A stretch of 64,000 nucleotides of DNA from a virus (Duplodnaviria; Heunggongvirae; Uroviricota; Caudoviricetes), in the IMG/VR virus record IMGVR_UViG_3300045049_000270; one strand, written 5' to 3'. This document shows positions 35,022-42,792 of this stretch, piece after piece. Made by a program: the position numbers and the translations under genes. The notes beneath the pieces are model-generated. The model ran no database searches and was not told where the DNA came from. It saw only the letters and a list, made by a program, of their open reading frames with translations. Each line of letters opens with the position of its first letter. Position 1 is the first letter of the stretch.

Positions 35022-35138
35022 GGTTGATTTCAGCAAATTTATTTTAATCATCTGAGAAATGAAAGGTCCAGGTTCGAACCCTGGCGGAGGAGATGAGCCC
35101 CTCTGTGGTGTAATTGGATAGCACTTAAAATATCAACC
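35022..35138 (+). ncRNA. YrlA-type Y RNA
   Basis: GGTTGATTTCAGCAA..ATCAACC; T arm, closed acceptor CGGAGG/CCTCTG, D arm. Confidence 0.8.
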
Positions 35139-35144
35139 AGTTTT

Positions 35145-35220
35145 GTCGGTATAGTTTAATGGTTAGAATAGCGGACCTTCAATCCGCGGATCGCGAGTTC
35201 GATTCTCCGTACCGACGCCA
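35145..35220 (+). tRNA. tRNA-Glu(TTC) with C33
   Basis: GCGGA-CC-TTC-AA-TCCGC, G73. Confidence 0.75.
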
Positions 35221-35222
35221 TC

Positions 35223-35296
35223 GCCCTTTTAGTTTAATGGTAGAACACCGGTTTTGTACTCCGGAAATGTGAGTTCGATTCTCACTTAGGGCTCCA
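35223..35296 (+). tRNA. tRNA-Thr(TGT)-like, weak stems
   Basis: TT-TGT-AC; U.U mismatches; U73. Confidence 0.65.
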
Positions 35297-35304
35297 GAAT
35301 TCAT

Positions 35305-35378
35305 GTGTCGTTCGTCTATCGATAGGACATCACCCTTTCACGGTGAGAAGACGGGTTTGACTCCCGTACGGCACGCCA
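35305..35378 (+). tRNA. tRNA-Glu(TTC)
   Basis: CT-TTC-AC. Confidence 0.9.
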
Positions 35379-35386
35379 AGTTTTAT

Positions 35387-35460
35387 GCCCCATTAGTTTA
35401 ATGGTAGAATACCTGTTTCGTAGTCAGGTGATGGTGGTTCAATTCCGCCATGGGGCACCA
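35387..35460 (+). tRNA. tRNA-Thr(CGT)
   Basis: TT-CGT-AG. Confidence 0.85.
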
Positions 35461-35468
35461 GTTTCAAT

Positions 35469-35543
35469 ACCCGTATAGCGTAGCGGTAGCGCAACGGCTT
35501 GACATGCCGTAGGTCGGTGGTTCGATTCCACCTGCGGGTACCA
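35469..35543 (+). tRNA. tRNA-Val(GAC)
   Basis: TT-GAC-AT. Confidence 0.9.
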
Positions 35544-35560
35544 GTTTTGCTTGATGCAGA

Positions 35561-35914
35561 ATGAATGCTATCGTATCATATGATTTTCCTATGGAGAAAA
35601 TCATGGCCGGTGGTATTCGTGCTTTGCTAAAGAAAGGCACAGTCTGGGTGACTAAGAAAGAGATTCCAGTGCGTGTGGGGATTTATCACCAAGCTTCCAA
35701 GAAAGATGCTGATGGCAACGTTACGGATAACGTGATTGCAACTATTCCCGCGCGGACTATGATCAAAGTAACCGGGAAAATGGTTATTCCTGGTGATGTT
35801 GAGGGTATGGCTGGTCTTGGTAGCAAAGCAGTTCCGATCGAACTAGAAGACGGATCCAAGCACCATGTGTTGTATGATGATGTGTGGAATAAACTTGAAC
35901 AAGTGATTAGTTGA
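35561..35914 (+). CDS. hypothetical protein
   Basis: 117-aa ORF between tRNAs. Confidence 0.7.
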   Translation: MNAIVSYDFPMEKIMAGGIRALLKKGTVWVTKKEIPVRVGIYHQASKKDADGNVTDNVIATIPARTMIKVTGKMVIPGDVEGMAGLGSKAVPIELEDGSKHHVLYDDVWNKLEQVIS

Positions 35915-35920
35915 AATACC

Positions 35921-35995
35921 GCGTCCTTAGTTCAATGGATAGAATAAGCTCCTCCTAAGAGTTGGATACAGGTTCAATTCCTGTAGGACGCACCA
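35921..35995 (+). tRNA. tRNA-Arg(CCT)
   Basis: CT-CCT-AA. Confidence 0.9.
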
Positions 35996-36056
35996 AATAT
36001 TGTGGTTCTAACCAAGTTGCTTATAATTATAGCATCAACTTTTGAGGTTAGACCCC

Positions 36057-36473
36057 ATGAAATTTTCACACATCAAGCCAGCTGACACTGAATGGAAAGG
36101 TGATGGTCTGCGCGATTTCTTCCTGTATAAGGATCTCGGTATCAAGGACGCAACTGATGGTAAAGTCATTGCACATTTGGTGAAAGCTAACAAACCACCT
36201 GTTGAAGGTACTGGTTGGCACCGACATGTTTTAGATTTTCAGATTGTTGTAATGAACAAAGGCTGGGCCAAGTTCATGTACGGCGATCAAGTAACGCTTG
36301 TTGAAGCAGGCGATGTAGTACATCAAGTTCCTGGGCTAGTACATTATTTGTATGATTACTCGCCTGACATGGAGTACTTGGAAATTTGTTCACCAGCAGA
36401 TTTTGGTAGCATTGAAGTTGATGCACCAGAAAATGCTGTTGTTCCTTCACCAACTCCTTGGGACAACAAGTAA
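36057..36473 (+). CDS. cupin domain protein
   Basis: GTGWHRH..GWAKF..GDVVHQVPGLVH..LEICSPADF. Confidence 0.88.
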   Translation: MKFSHIKPADTEWKGDGLRDFFLYKDLGIKDATDGKVIAHLVKANKPPVEGTGWHRHVLDFQIVVMNKGWAKFMYGDQVTLVEAGDVVHQVPGLVHYLYDYSPDMEYLEICSPADFGSIEVDAPENAVVPSPTPWDNK

Positions 36474-36474
36474 C

Positions 36475-36549
36475 GCCCTGATAGTATAAAGGTCAGTACA
36501 CCGACTTGGTATGTCGGAAATGAGTGTTCGATTCACTCTCGGGGCACCA
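36475..36549 (+). tRNA. tRNA-Thr(GGT)
   Basis: TT-GGT-AT. Confidence 0.9.
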
Positions 36550-36556
36550 AGTTTAT

Positions 36557-36675
36557 TGGGCTGTAGTGTAACGGTAGCACGCGTAAAGAAGGTGATCCTG
36601 ATAAGGATCCGTTCAGCACGCAATTCATCCATGCACAAGGACGAAGTCTAGGTTCAATTCCTGGCGGCCCAACCA
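36557..36675 (+). ncRNA. tRNA-like RNA with a Y-motif insert in place of the anticodon loop
   Basis: acceptor, D arm, T arm, CCA; insert with GGATCCGTTCAGCAC. Confidence 0.7.
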
Positions 36676-36727
36676 ATAGCCTTGGCTGACATTTAAGTCA
36701 GCCAAGTTTTTAACGTAAGGTAATTAT

Positions 36728-37057
36728 ATGGACCACGACCTCCGCAAACGGTTTCTCACAAATACAGATGAAACCGGTAGATTCATTGTTGTATCGCAAC
36801 GCACTGGTAAATCGTATTTTGTAGAACCGATTGACAATCAGAGCAAAACTGATTGGACGGAATGGGGTTCAGTAGATCCAGCAACAGGCAAGCTAATGAA
36901 TAAACCTGGTTTTCGTAAATATGCAGGTGCTGTCCAACCTAAGGATTCACTTGTTACGATGGAAAACGGCTTTAGCAAGGTTCATGATCTGGAACCAGGT
37001 ATGAGCCCACTTGCTTATATCGAGGAACTTGACTCCAAGTATCCTGATAAGCAGTAA
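36728..37057 (+). CDS. conserved phage hypothetical protein
   Basis: 109 aa, GRFIVVSQRTGKSYFVEPI. Confidence 0.75.
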   Translation: MDHDLRKRFLTNTDETGRFIVVSQRTGKSYFVEPIDNQSKTDWTEWGSVDPATGKLMNKPGFRKYAGAVQPKDSLVTMENGFSKVHDLEPGMSPLAYIEELDSKYPDKQ

Positions 37058-37066
37058 AGGTTTTAC

Positions 37067-37173
37067 AGGGGTATGGTGTAATTGGTCAGCACACGTAAAA
37101 AGGCTTTCCTTTCAGCAACCATTTCTTCCATCCCAAGGACGTGATCTAGGTTCGAATCCTAGTGCCCCTGCCA
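37067..37173 (+). ncRNA. tRNA-like RNA with a Y-motif insert in place of the anticodon loop
   Basis: CACGT/ACGTG stem enclosing a ~40-nt loop with TTTCAGCAAC; CCA. Confidence 0.7.
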
Positions 37174-37197
37174 AGTTTCAAAGAGTAGTATGTCAAT

Positions 37198-37273
37198 GGT
37201 GGCTATAGCTCAATGGTTAGAGTTCTGGACTGTGAATCCGGAGATGTGGGTTCGATCCCCACTAGCCACCCCA
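37198..37273 (+). tRNA. tRNA-His(GTG)
   Basis: G-1/C73, CT-GTG-AA. Confidence 0.92.
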
Positions 37274-37352
37274 ATGAATAATGCGCTATAACGCAGAAAT
37301 CGGTACGCAATGATAGGGCGTCACTCCGGAACCCGTAACCGGACCAATTAAT

Positions 37353-37426
37353 AGGGACGTGGTGTAAAGGAAGCATGGCTGACTCTGACTCAGTAGGTGA
37401 AGGTTCAATCCCTTCCGTCCCCGCCA
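37353..37426 (+). tRNA. tRNA-Gln(CTG)
   Basis: CT-CTG-AC. Confidence 0.88.
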
Positions 37427-37469
37427 AATTTATATGATTACAAAAATTTCACTTGACAATAATAATCGT

Positions 37470-37556
37470 ATGCTGAGAATTGGTTTTGGTAAGCATGACG
37501 GAAAATGGTTTGCCAGAATCGATTTATGGTTTGTCGGTTATCGATTCACAAAATAA
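37470..37556 (+). CDS. 28-aa peptide
   Basis: MLRIGFGKHDGKWFARIDLWFVGYRFTK*. Confidence 0.4.
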   Translation: MLRIGFGKHDGKWFARIDLWFVGYRFTK

Positions 37557-37562
37557 TTCAAT

Positions 37563-37636
37563 GCCCCTGTAGTTCAATGGTAGAACATCGGTCCTACAAA
37601 CCGAATACGAAGGTTCGATTCCTTCCGGGGGTACCA
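37563..37636 (+). tRNA. tRNA-Val(TAC) with C33
   Basis: TCGGT-CC-TAC-AA-ACCGA. Confidence 0.85.
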
Positions 37637-37659
37637 AGTCTCAAAAAGGTTGTTGAGGT

Positions 37660-37733
37660 GTGGCCATAGTGTAATGGTAGCACTACAGAATGTGACTCTG
37701 TTAGTATGGGTTCGAAACCCATTGGTCACCCCT
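37660..37733 (+). tRNA. tRNA-His(GTG)-like, no G-1 and no CCA, flanking inverted repeat
   Basis: AT-GTG-AC; GTTGTTGAGG/CCTCAACAAC extension. Confidence 0.7.
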
Positions 37734-37747
37734 CAACAACTTCATAT

Positions 37748-37824
37748 CAGGGCGTAATGTCAATTGGTAGACGGTCGGATCTGGAATCCGAAGGTTGAGC
37801 GTTCGAGTCGCTCCGCTCTGACCA
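37748..37824 (+). tRNA. tRNA-Pro(TGG) with C33 and A37
   Basis: TCGGA-TC-TGG-AA-TCCGA. Confidence 0.8.
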
Positions 37825-37831
37825 AGTTTAT

Positions 37832-37906
37832 GGGCTGTTGGTATAATTGGGAACACACTTGCCTTGCACGCAGGAGTCCGGGGTTCGAATCCCCGACGGT
37901 CCACCA
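37832..37906 (+). tRNA. tRNA-Ala(TGC)
   Basis: G3.U70, CT-TGC-AC. Confidence 0.92.
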
Positions 37907-37981
37907 GTAAACAAAAAGCTTTGCAGTAAAATTCATATGAGTGTATCATAAACGATACACATCGTCTATGGGTCAACTTAA

Positions 37982-38968
37982 ATGAACTTCGTCTCAGATG
38001 CGATTGAGTTCTTACAACGGTTATCAGCAGTTTCAGCTCGTAAACCTGAGTTGAAAAATGACGCAGTTGCTATTGAGTTGCTTATTGATCAACTACGTTA
38101 TGGTGTGAAGTTTCTCCTACCGTTGCACGGTGAAGTTGGTGTGTCGAACATAGACACTGACCTTTTTAGACTCACGAAATGCCCGTACCCCGTCATGGTG
38201 TTTGAATATGAAACTGTCAACACTGTGAATGAGCGGTTGATATCAGGTACAAATGAATTTTACGGTTCAAATAGTTCGATGGCTTCAATTACCCCGTCAT
38301 CAAAACGTTTGATTGTTGTCACTGATGGTGAAGCACTTGGTCCTCTTGAATCGATAGTGAAAACTGTTACAAGAAATGATTCAATTGACGGTGTGTTAGT
38401 ACAACCCGTGTCGTATTATGATGAAATGGATGTGTGGGTACCTTCACCTATTGGTATCTGGATCCCTCGCATTAATGAAGTTGAACTAATAACTATTGAA
38501 GGGCGACAACGATCTTCTTTCAAGTCGGCTTGGATACCTTTGCATCCAGATGCTATTCGACAGAACAAAGCAGCTGGTGTTGATATGAATACGATGGCTC
38601 GTGACTGTCATGAAGAAGTAACAGTCACGATTGCGACATTGTTAGCGATCAATGCTCGTAATGTGAATGAGATTTCGATAACACCTTCAGAGAAGTTGAA
38701 TCGAAAAAGACGTAAAACTGGTAAGCCACCATTTTTCGAATACAAAGTGCTCGATATCTTTCTCGGTAATGCGATACGTGACATACCGTCAGGGCATGGT
38801 AGACGTAATGCTGCCATCCAGCAATGGCTTAGAAATCCACCAAGGTTACATACGGTGAGCGGACATTTTAAACGCCGCAAAACTGGAATATTCTGGTGGC
38901 ATTCACATATGCGCAGTAAAGCTGAACACGGTGTCATCGTAAAAGACTATCGAGTAAAAACGAAGTGA
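37982..38968 (+). CDS. conserved phage hypothetical, paralog of 22502-23530
   Basis: RLHTVSGH..FWWHSHMR C-terminus. Confidence 0.8.
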   Translation: MNFVSDAIEFLQRLSAVSARKPELKNDAVAIELLIDQLRYGVKFLLPLHGEVGVSNIDTDLFRLTKCPYPVMVFEYETVNTVNERLISGTNEFYGSNSSMASITPSSKRLIVVTDGEALGPLESIVKTVTRNDSIDGVLVQPVSYYDEMDVWVPSPIGIWIPRINEVELITIEGRQRSSFKSAWIPLHPDAIRQNKAAGVDMNTMARDCHEEVTVTIATLLAINARNVNEISITPSEKLNRKRRKTGKPPFFEYKVLDIFLGNAIRDIPSGHGRRNAAIQQWLRNPPRLHTVSGHFKRRKTGIFWWHSHMRSKAEHGVIVKDYRVKTK

Positions 38969-38987
38969 AAAATGCTTGCATCCTAGC

Positions 38988-39029
38988 CAGATGAGTGTAT
39001 CATTTGATACATGGTAAACAACAAGGAGC
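38988..39029 (+). promoter_or_regulatory. early-type promoter motif (representative copy)
   Basis: ATGAR-N-TATCAT-N6-ACATGGTAAAC-AAC-AAGGAG; about 12 similar copies. Confidence 0.65.
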
Positions 39030-39035
39030 AAGTAG

Positions 39036-39332
39036 ATGAAGAAGCTGCCCAAGGTAACCGTCAAGCATTCGTCGGAATTGACCAAAGCTGATGTCAATTC
39101 CTACAACAAAGTTCAGCAAAAGCTTCGTGATAACTGGATGCAGCTAGGCCAGACGCAAGAGCAGGTGGACAAGATGTTCCCCCTTGTTACGCTGGAACAG
39201 TTTACCAGTAAACCGGGTTTTTACGGAAAGTTCGGTGGCTCACGATCGCGTGGTTGGGAAGGTCCTTGGTCGACGCGCGAACAAGCACACGACGCAGTAA
39301 GTGAGATCGCGTTCGAAACCACGTTCAGCTAA
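39036..39332 (+). CDS. hypothetical protein
   Basis: 98 aa, AAGGAG SD. Confidence 0.7.
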   Translation: MKKLPKVTVKHSSELTKADVNSYNKVQQKLRDNWMQLGQTQEQVDKMFPLVTLEQFTSKPGFYGKFGGSRSRGWEGPWSTREQAHDAVSEIAFETTFS

Positions 39333-39389
39333 ACAAAGCTGGAATAATAAATTTGCGCAAAAGAGCCACATGTGGCTCTTTTGTTTTAT

Positions 39390-39478
39390 GCCCAAGTGTT
39401 GGAATTTGGTAGACATCACGGATTGAGAGTCCGTGGCCCGTTTTGGGCGTAGGGGTTCGAGCCCCCTCTTGGGCACCA
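39390..39478 (+). tRNA. tRNA-Leu(GAG)
   Basis: class II, TT-GAG-AG. Confidence 0.9.
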
Positions 39479-39550
39479 TCATTCAAACCTTGCTGTTTCG
39501 TTCATATGAACGTAGAATCGTTACATAGTTAACAACAGTAAGGAGAAAAC

Positions 39551-39988
39551 ATGGCCTACGGAAATAATTTCACGTATGAAGATGCTGGAACGGTACTTGA
39601 AATTTTTGAAGGTCATCCGAAAGACTTCAACTTCAAACTGCAAACAGCCAACTACGAAGCGATCAAAGCAATTCTAGCAGTTGCGGGGCTTGAACTCACG
39701 TTCATGAAAGCAACTAAGTTTGTTGCTCATCTCCGTTACGCAGACAGTAGAGAGATGACTACGTTGACCCGGTTTATCGCGTATGTTGGTGATCAATCTG
39801 ATGCACGTTTTATCTGGAACAAATATGAAGGCAACGTTTCTGGTGGCGGACAAAACAAGGTCCGCTTTGCTGGTGAAGAAATGAAGCTTACCACATTTCT
39901 CGCCATGGATGAGTTCATGCGCGCGATCATGTTGATGAGCGGTAAGCCGGCATATAAGAAAAAACGTAATGCCCGCAAGCTTGCATAA
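39551..39988 (+). CDS. hypothetical protein
   Basis: AAGGAG SD, 145 aa. Confidence 0.75.
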   Translation: MAYGNNFTYEDAGTVLEIFEGHPKDFNFKLQTANYEAIKAILAVAGLELTFMKATKFVAHLRYADSREMTTLTRFIAYVGDQSDARFIWNKYEGNVSGGGQNKVRFAGEEMKLTTFLAMDEFMRAIMLMSGKPAYKKKRNARKLA

Positions 39989-40055
39989 ACGTCTTGCAAC
40001 TATGTTCAAATGAATGTACTATTTGAACATGGTAAACAAATGCAAGGAGAATGAA

Positions 40056-40259
40056 ATGACTGGTCAAGAATTGATCGACTACATCACTAACAATTGCGAT
40101 TTGGCTAACGATGTTTTGCTAAAAGATGGCAACGGTAATCTGTTTGACGTCATTCTCAACGTGTCGACTGACATCAAGCGTGATCCGTACGATGGCGATT
40201 TCGATAAGAATGTGAACGTGATCGAACTTTATAGCAACGTTACGATTACGGAACAATAA
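40056..40259 (+). CDS. hypothetical protein
   Basis: AAGGAG SD. Confidence 0.65.
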   Translation: MTGQELIDYITNNCDLANDVLLKDGNGNLFDVILNVSTDIKRDPYDGDFDKNVNVIELYSNVTITEQ

Positions 40260-40588
40260 TGGATCAGCATTTCATATTGATCATTACTGAGAGCCGCATT
40301 CTTCATTCCGATCCAGAATATTGGGAACCAGAAGAATATCGTTGTGATATTACTGAATATCGAATCAGTACTCGAAAGTTGGGCAGTTGGCTAGAACAGC
40401 ATAAATTCGAATATGGTTACGTCAAAAGTATTGTCGAAGCTGCCTTGGAAGGCAAACCACTCCTCTATGGTTATGCAAGTCGCAAATACAGCTTTGGCGA
40501 CACACCGGATTGGTGGAATGGTCTTCGACCTGATGAAGACTGCATTGATCCCGAAAAGCACTTTTCATACGAAGTGATCTGTAGTTGA
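40259..40588 (+). CDS. hypothetical protein
   Basis: TAATG overlap. Confidence 0.65.
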   Translation: MDQHFILIITESRILHSDPEYWEPEEYRCDITEYRISTRKLGSWLEQHKFEYGYVKSIVEAALEGKPLLYGYASRKYSFGDTPDWWNGLRPDEDCIDPEKHFSYEVICS

Positions 40589-40643
40589 CACCACAGCCAG
40601 ATGAATGCATCATGGTTATACGGTGAACAACAAAGGAGAGATC

Positions 40644-40889
40644 ATGAATCAAAAGCAAATCCAAACATTCGGCCTTGAGTACATCACCATGAAAGTGGCG
40701 GAAGTACGTAACGATGTGAATGCTAGCCAATATGGTATAAAGGAGGATGAGATCGATACATTCATGGGTTGGTTCTCCACCTTCGAAGACTTCAAGGAAT
40801 GGATCGTCAACGAGTCCAACTGGGACAAAGAAACGTGCGTTCATGCACACGAAATTTTCGAATTTGTCAAGCGATTAATGAATTGTTAA
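40644..40889 (+). CDS. hypothetical protein
   Basis: AAGGAG SD. Confidence 0.65.
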   Translation: MNQKQIQTFGLEYITMKVAEVRNDVNASQYGIKEDEIDTFMGWFSTFEDFKEWIVNESNWDKETCVHAHEIFEFVKRLMNC

Positions 40890-41158
40890 AAGTCAGGGAT
40901 ATTATCCTGGCCCTGAAGGACCAACTACCACTGCGTAGGTTGGTCCTTAATTTTTGGAAGGGTCACATCTTTGGTTTGCTTTCTCGACGCTCACATGAGA
41001 ATGCAGATGGTAAACCAAAGATCAGCTATGGTTCCAAGGCATCAGCGCAGAAAGCTGCCACAGTTATGGCTAAGAAGCGCGGCGTCTATTTCAGCAATTA
41101 CAAGTGTATGCGCTGTGACGGCTATCATATCGGAAAGAATAGCGAAAACAAGAGTTGA
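40769..41158 (+). CDS. hypothetical protein with C-terminal zinc-finger-like YKCxxCxGYH; start uncertain
   Basis: motif YKCMRCDGYHIG. Confidence 0.55.
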   Translation: MVLHLRRLQGMDRQRVQLGQRNVRSCTRNFRICQAINELLKVRDIILALKDQLPLRRLVLNFWKGHIFGLLSRRSHENADGKPKISYGSKASAQKAATVMAKKRGVYFSNYKCMRCDGYHIGKNSENKS

Positions 41159-41490
41159 CATGTTACTTGGTGGCTTTATCATACTTGCTTAGTGTGCGTA
41201 CGGTAAAAGTAATGAACATCAGGCATCTAACAACCCGTCAACTCTGCTGTCTTCTGCATTCTGACAGCCCCGTGCATAAGGGCATATTCAGCAATAAGCA
41301 AGTATTACATGCTGTAACTGAGGTTAAATACAATCATATGATTGATGGCCCACATAAAGCCACTCATTTGTATGAGATCGAAGTGAATTATAGTTTGATT
41401 GACGGTGTTGACGCCGGAGTCGAACGATTTGCGGTAAGCGTTTGGCGTTCTCATGGTAGGTTATCAGCAACTGCCAAACGGAAAAAATAA
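41155..41490 (+). CDS. hypothetical protein; start uncertain
   Basis: 111-aa ORF. Confidence 0.5.
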   Translation: MTCYLVALSYLLSVRTVKVMNIRHLTTRQLCCLLHSDSPVHKGIFSNKQVLHAVTEVKYNHMIDGPHKATHLYEIEVNYSLIDGVDAGVERFAVSVWRSHGRLSATAKRKK

Positions 41491-41492
41491 AT

Positions 41493-41570
41493 GGGCATGT
41501 GACGGGAACCGGAATACCTAGCTGATTCAGAATCAGTTGATTGTCAGTTCAAATCTGACCATGCCCACCA
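41493..41570 (+). tRNA. tRNA with CAG (Leu) anticodon but short variable loop
   Basis: TT-CAG-AA; class I length. Confidence 0.8.
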
Positions 41571-41578
41571 ATTCAAAA

Positions 41579-41654
41579 CTCCGAATAGTGTTAGCGGCAA
41601 GCACTCATGCTTCGGGAGCATGGAGCGAGGGTTCGAGTCCCTCTTCGGAGACCA
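41579..41654 (+). tRNA. tRNA-Pro(CGG)
   Basis: TT-CGG-GA. Confidence 0.9.
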
Positions 41655-41716
41655 CCCTTCTAGGTATTGACCCCCTCACCATATGATTTTATCATATTGG
41701 AAAACAGGAGGGTTTC

Positions 41717-42151
41717 ATGAAAATCACAAGTATTGACGACGCAGTACGAAGCGGCCCATTCCGGCGGTATTCAAGGTTCCGCTCTGCACTGTTAAACGAG
41801 CTATACGGTAGTACATATGAATCTAGTGAACACATTGATGCAGACTTGATCCAAAAGTTAGTCGACACGGGCAACACCGTCGAAACTCTTCAAGAGTTTC
41901 TTAATCTGTTGCTCAATCCCCATCTTGGGAGAATTGAATACAAAGAGTTCGTCATTGATACTCCCAATCAAGCAGCGATTAATGAATTGAAAGCGATGGT
42001 CAATCCGTACTGGAAGCACAAGGGAACGTTGATCGAACCGATTGAATTCAAAGGCAAATCGCCTGTCAAATATCGCGTTGTAGCGTACGATGATTTGATT
42101 GTACACCTCAAGACACGATACAATACGATTTCAGTAGCCGTAGCGATATAA
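41717..42151 (+). CDS. hypothetical protein
   Basis: AGGAGG SD. Confidence 0.7.
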   Translation: MKITSIDDAVRSGPFRRYSRFRSALLNELYGSTYESSEHIDADLIQKLVDTGNTVETLQEFLNLLLNPHLGRIEYKEFVIDTPNQAAINELKAMVNPYWKHKGTLIEPIEFKGKSPVKYRVVAYDDLIVHLKTRYNTISVAVAI

Positions 42152-42217
42152 TAAAATCCTTGCTACCATGTTCATTTGAGCTTACCATATGAATATGGTA
42201 AAGATAAGGGGCAAACA

Positions 42218-42730
42218 ATGACGCGTAAGTTTAATGTTGGTGACGTTGTTATCAATTTCGAGTCGATCGAACTCTGGGACAATGTGTACCATTTCGAGCA
42301 GACGCTTGCCTACTTCAAGAAGGAAGTCGTTACTGCCGCCGACGATTACTGTTTCACAACTGCGCCCGGACTTGATGTGACTAAGCGTGTGAACATGGAT
42401 CATCACGATAAACGCAAGCTGTACGATCAGCGGGATGGCCGTCAATGGGGCGATATAGCTCGGAATAGCACCCGTTTCTATGGGAACTGGACGACAAACG
42501 AAGCAGGCATCCGTGCATACTTGAACAAAAAGTTCGACGAAGCTTGCAAAAAATGCGACGACCGCGATGCTGAAGAAATCGTGAATCTTGAAGAAACGAT
42601 TCGCCGTGCGCAAACAAAGATCGACGCGATCAAAGCTGGTAAGCGGACCATTTCCTTCAAATCCGATACGATCGAACGTGATTTCATCAACGAACGCATA
42701 GCTGCCTTGAATGCGGTTCTTGCGTCATAA
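42218..42730 (+). CDS. hypothetical protein
   Basis: after the promoter motif; C-terminal coiled coil. Confidence 0.7.
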   Translation: MTRKFNVGDVVINFESIELWDNVYHFEQTLAYFKKEVVTAADDYCFTTAPGLDVTKRVNMDHHDKRKLYDQRDGRQWGDIARNSTRFYGNWTTNEAGIRAYLNKKFDEACKKCDDRDAEEIVNLEETIRRAQTKIDAIKAGKRTISFKSDTIERDFINERIAALNAVLAS

Positions 42731-42792
42731 ATCACTTGGAATCTTGTTTCAAATTTTCCGAGTCGGATCGTGCAAACTAAGTCAGGAAAATC

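Noticed and set aside
14730-37173. CRISPR array from the repeated GGAT..CAGCAA motif
   Set aside because: Copies are dispersed, variable and self-complementary with their own 3' ends; no regular repeat-spacer periodicity and no cas genes.
24597-37910. HDV-like theta ribozymes at tRNA 3' ends
   Set aside because: I could not find the nested double-pseudoknot pattern directly after any CCA by eye; a motif search would be needed to exclude it.
24723-37976. ORF-track calls overlapping tRNA and ncRNA genes (e.g. 28385-28927, 30867-31193, 32062-32454, 34762-35004)
   Set aside because: They are shadow frames of structured RNA genes with no SD or protein-like composition.
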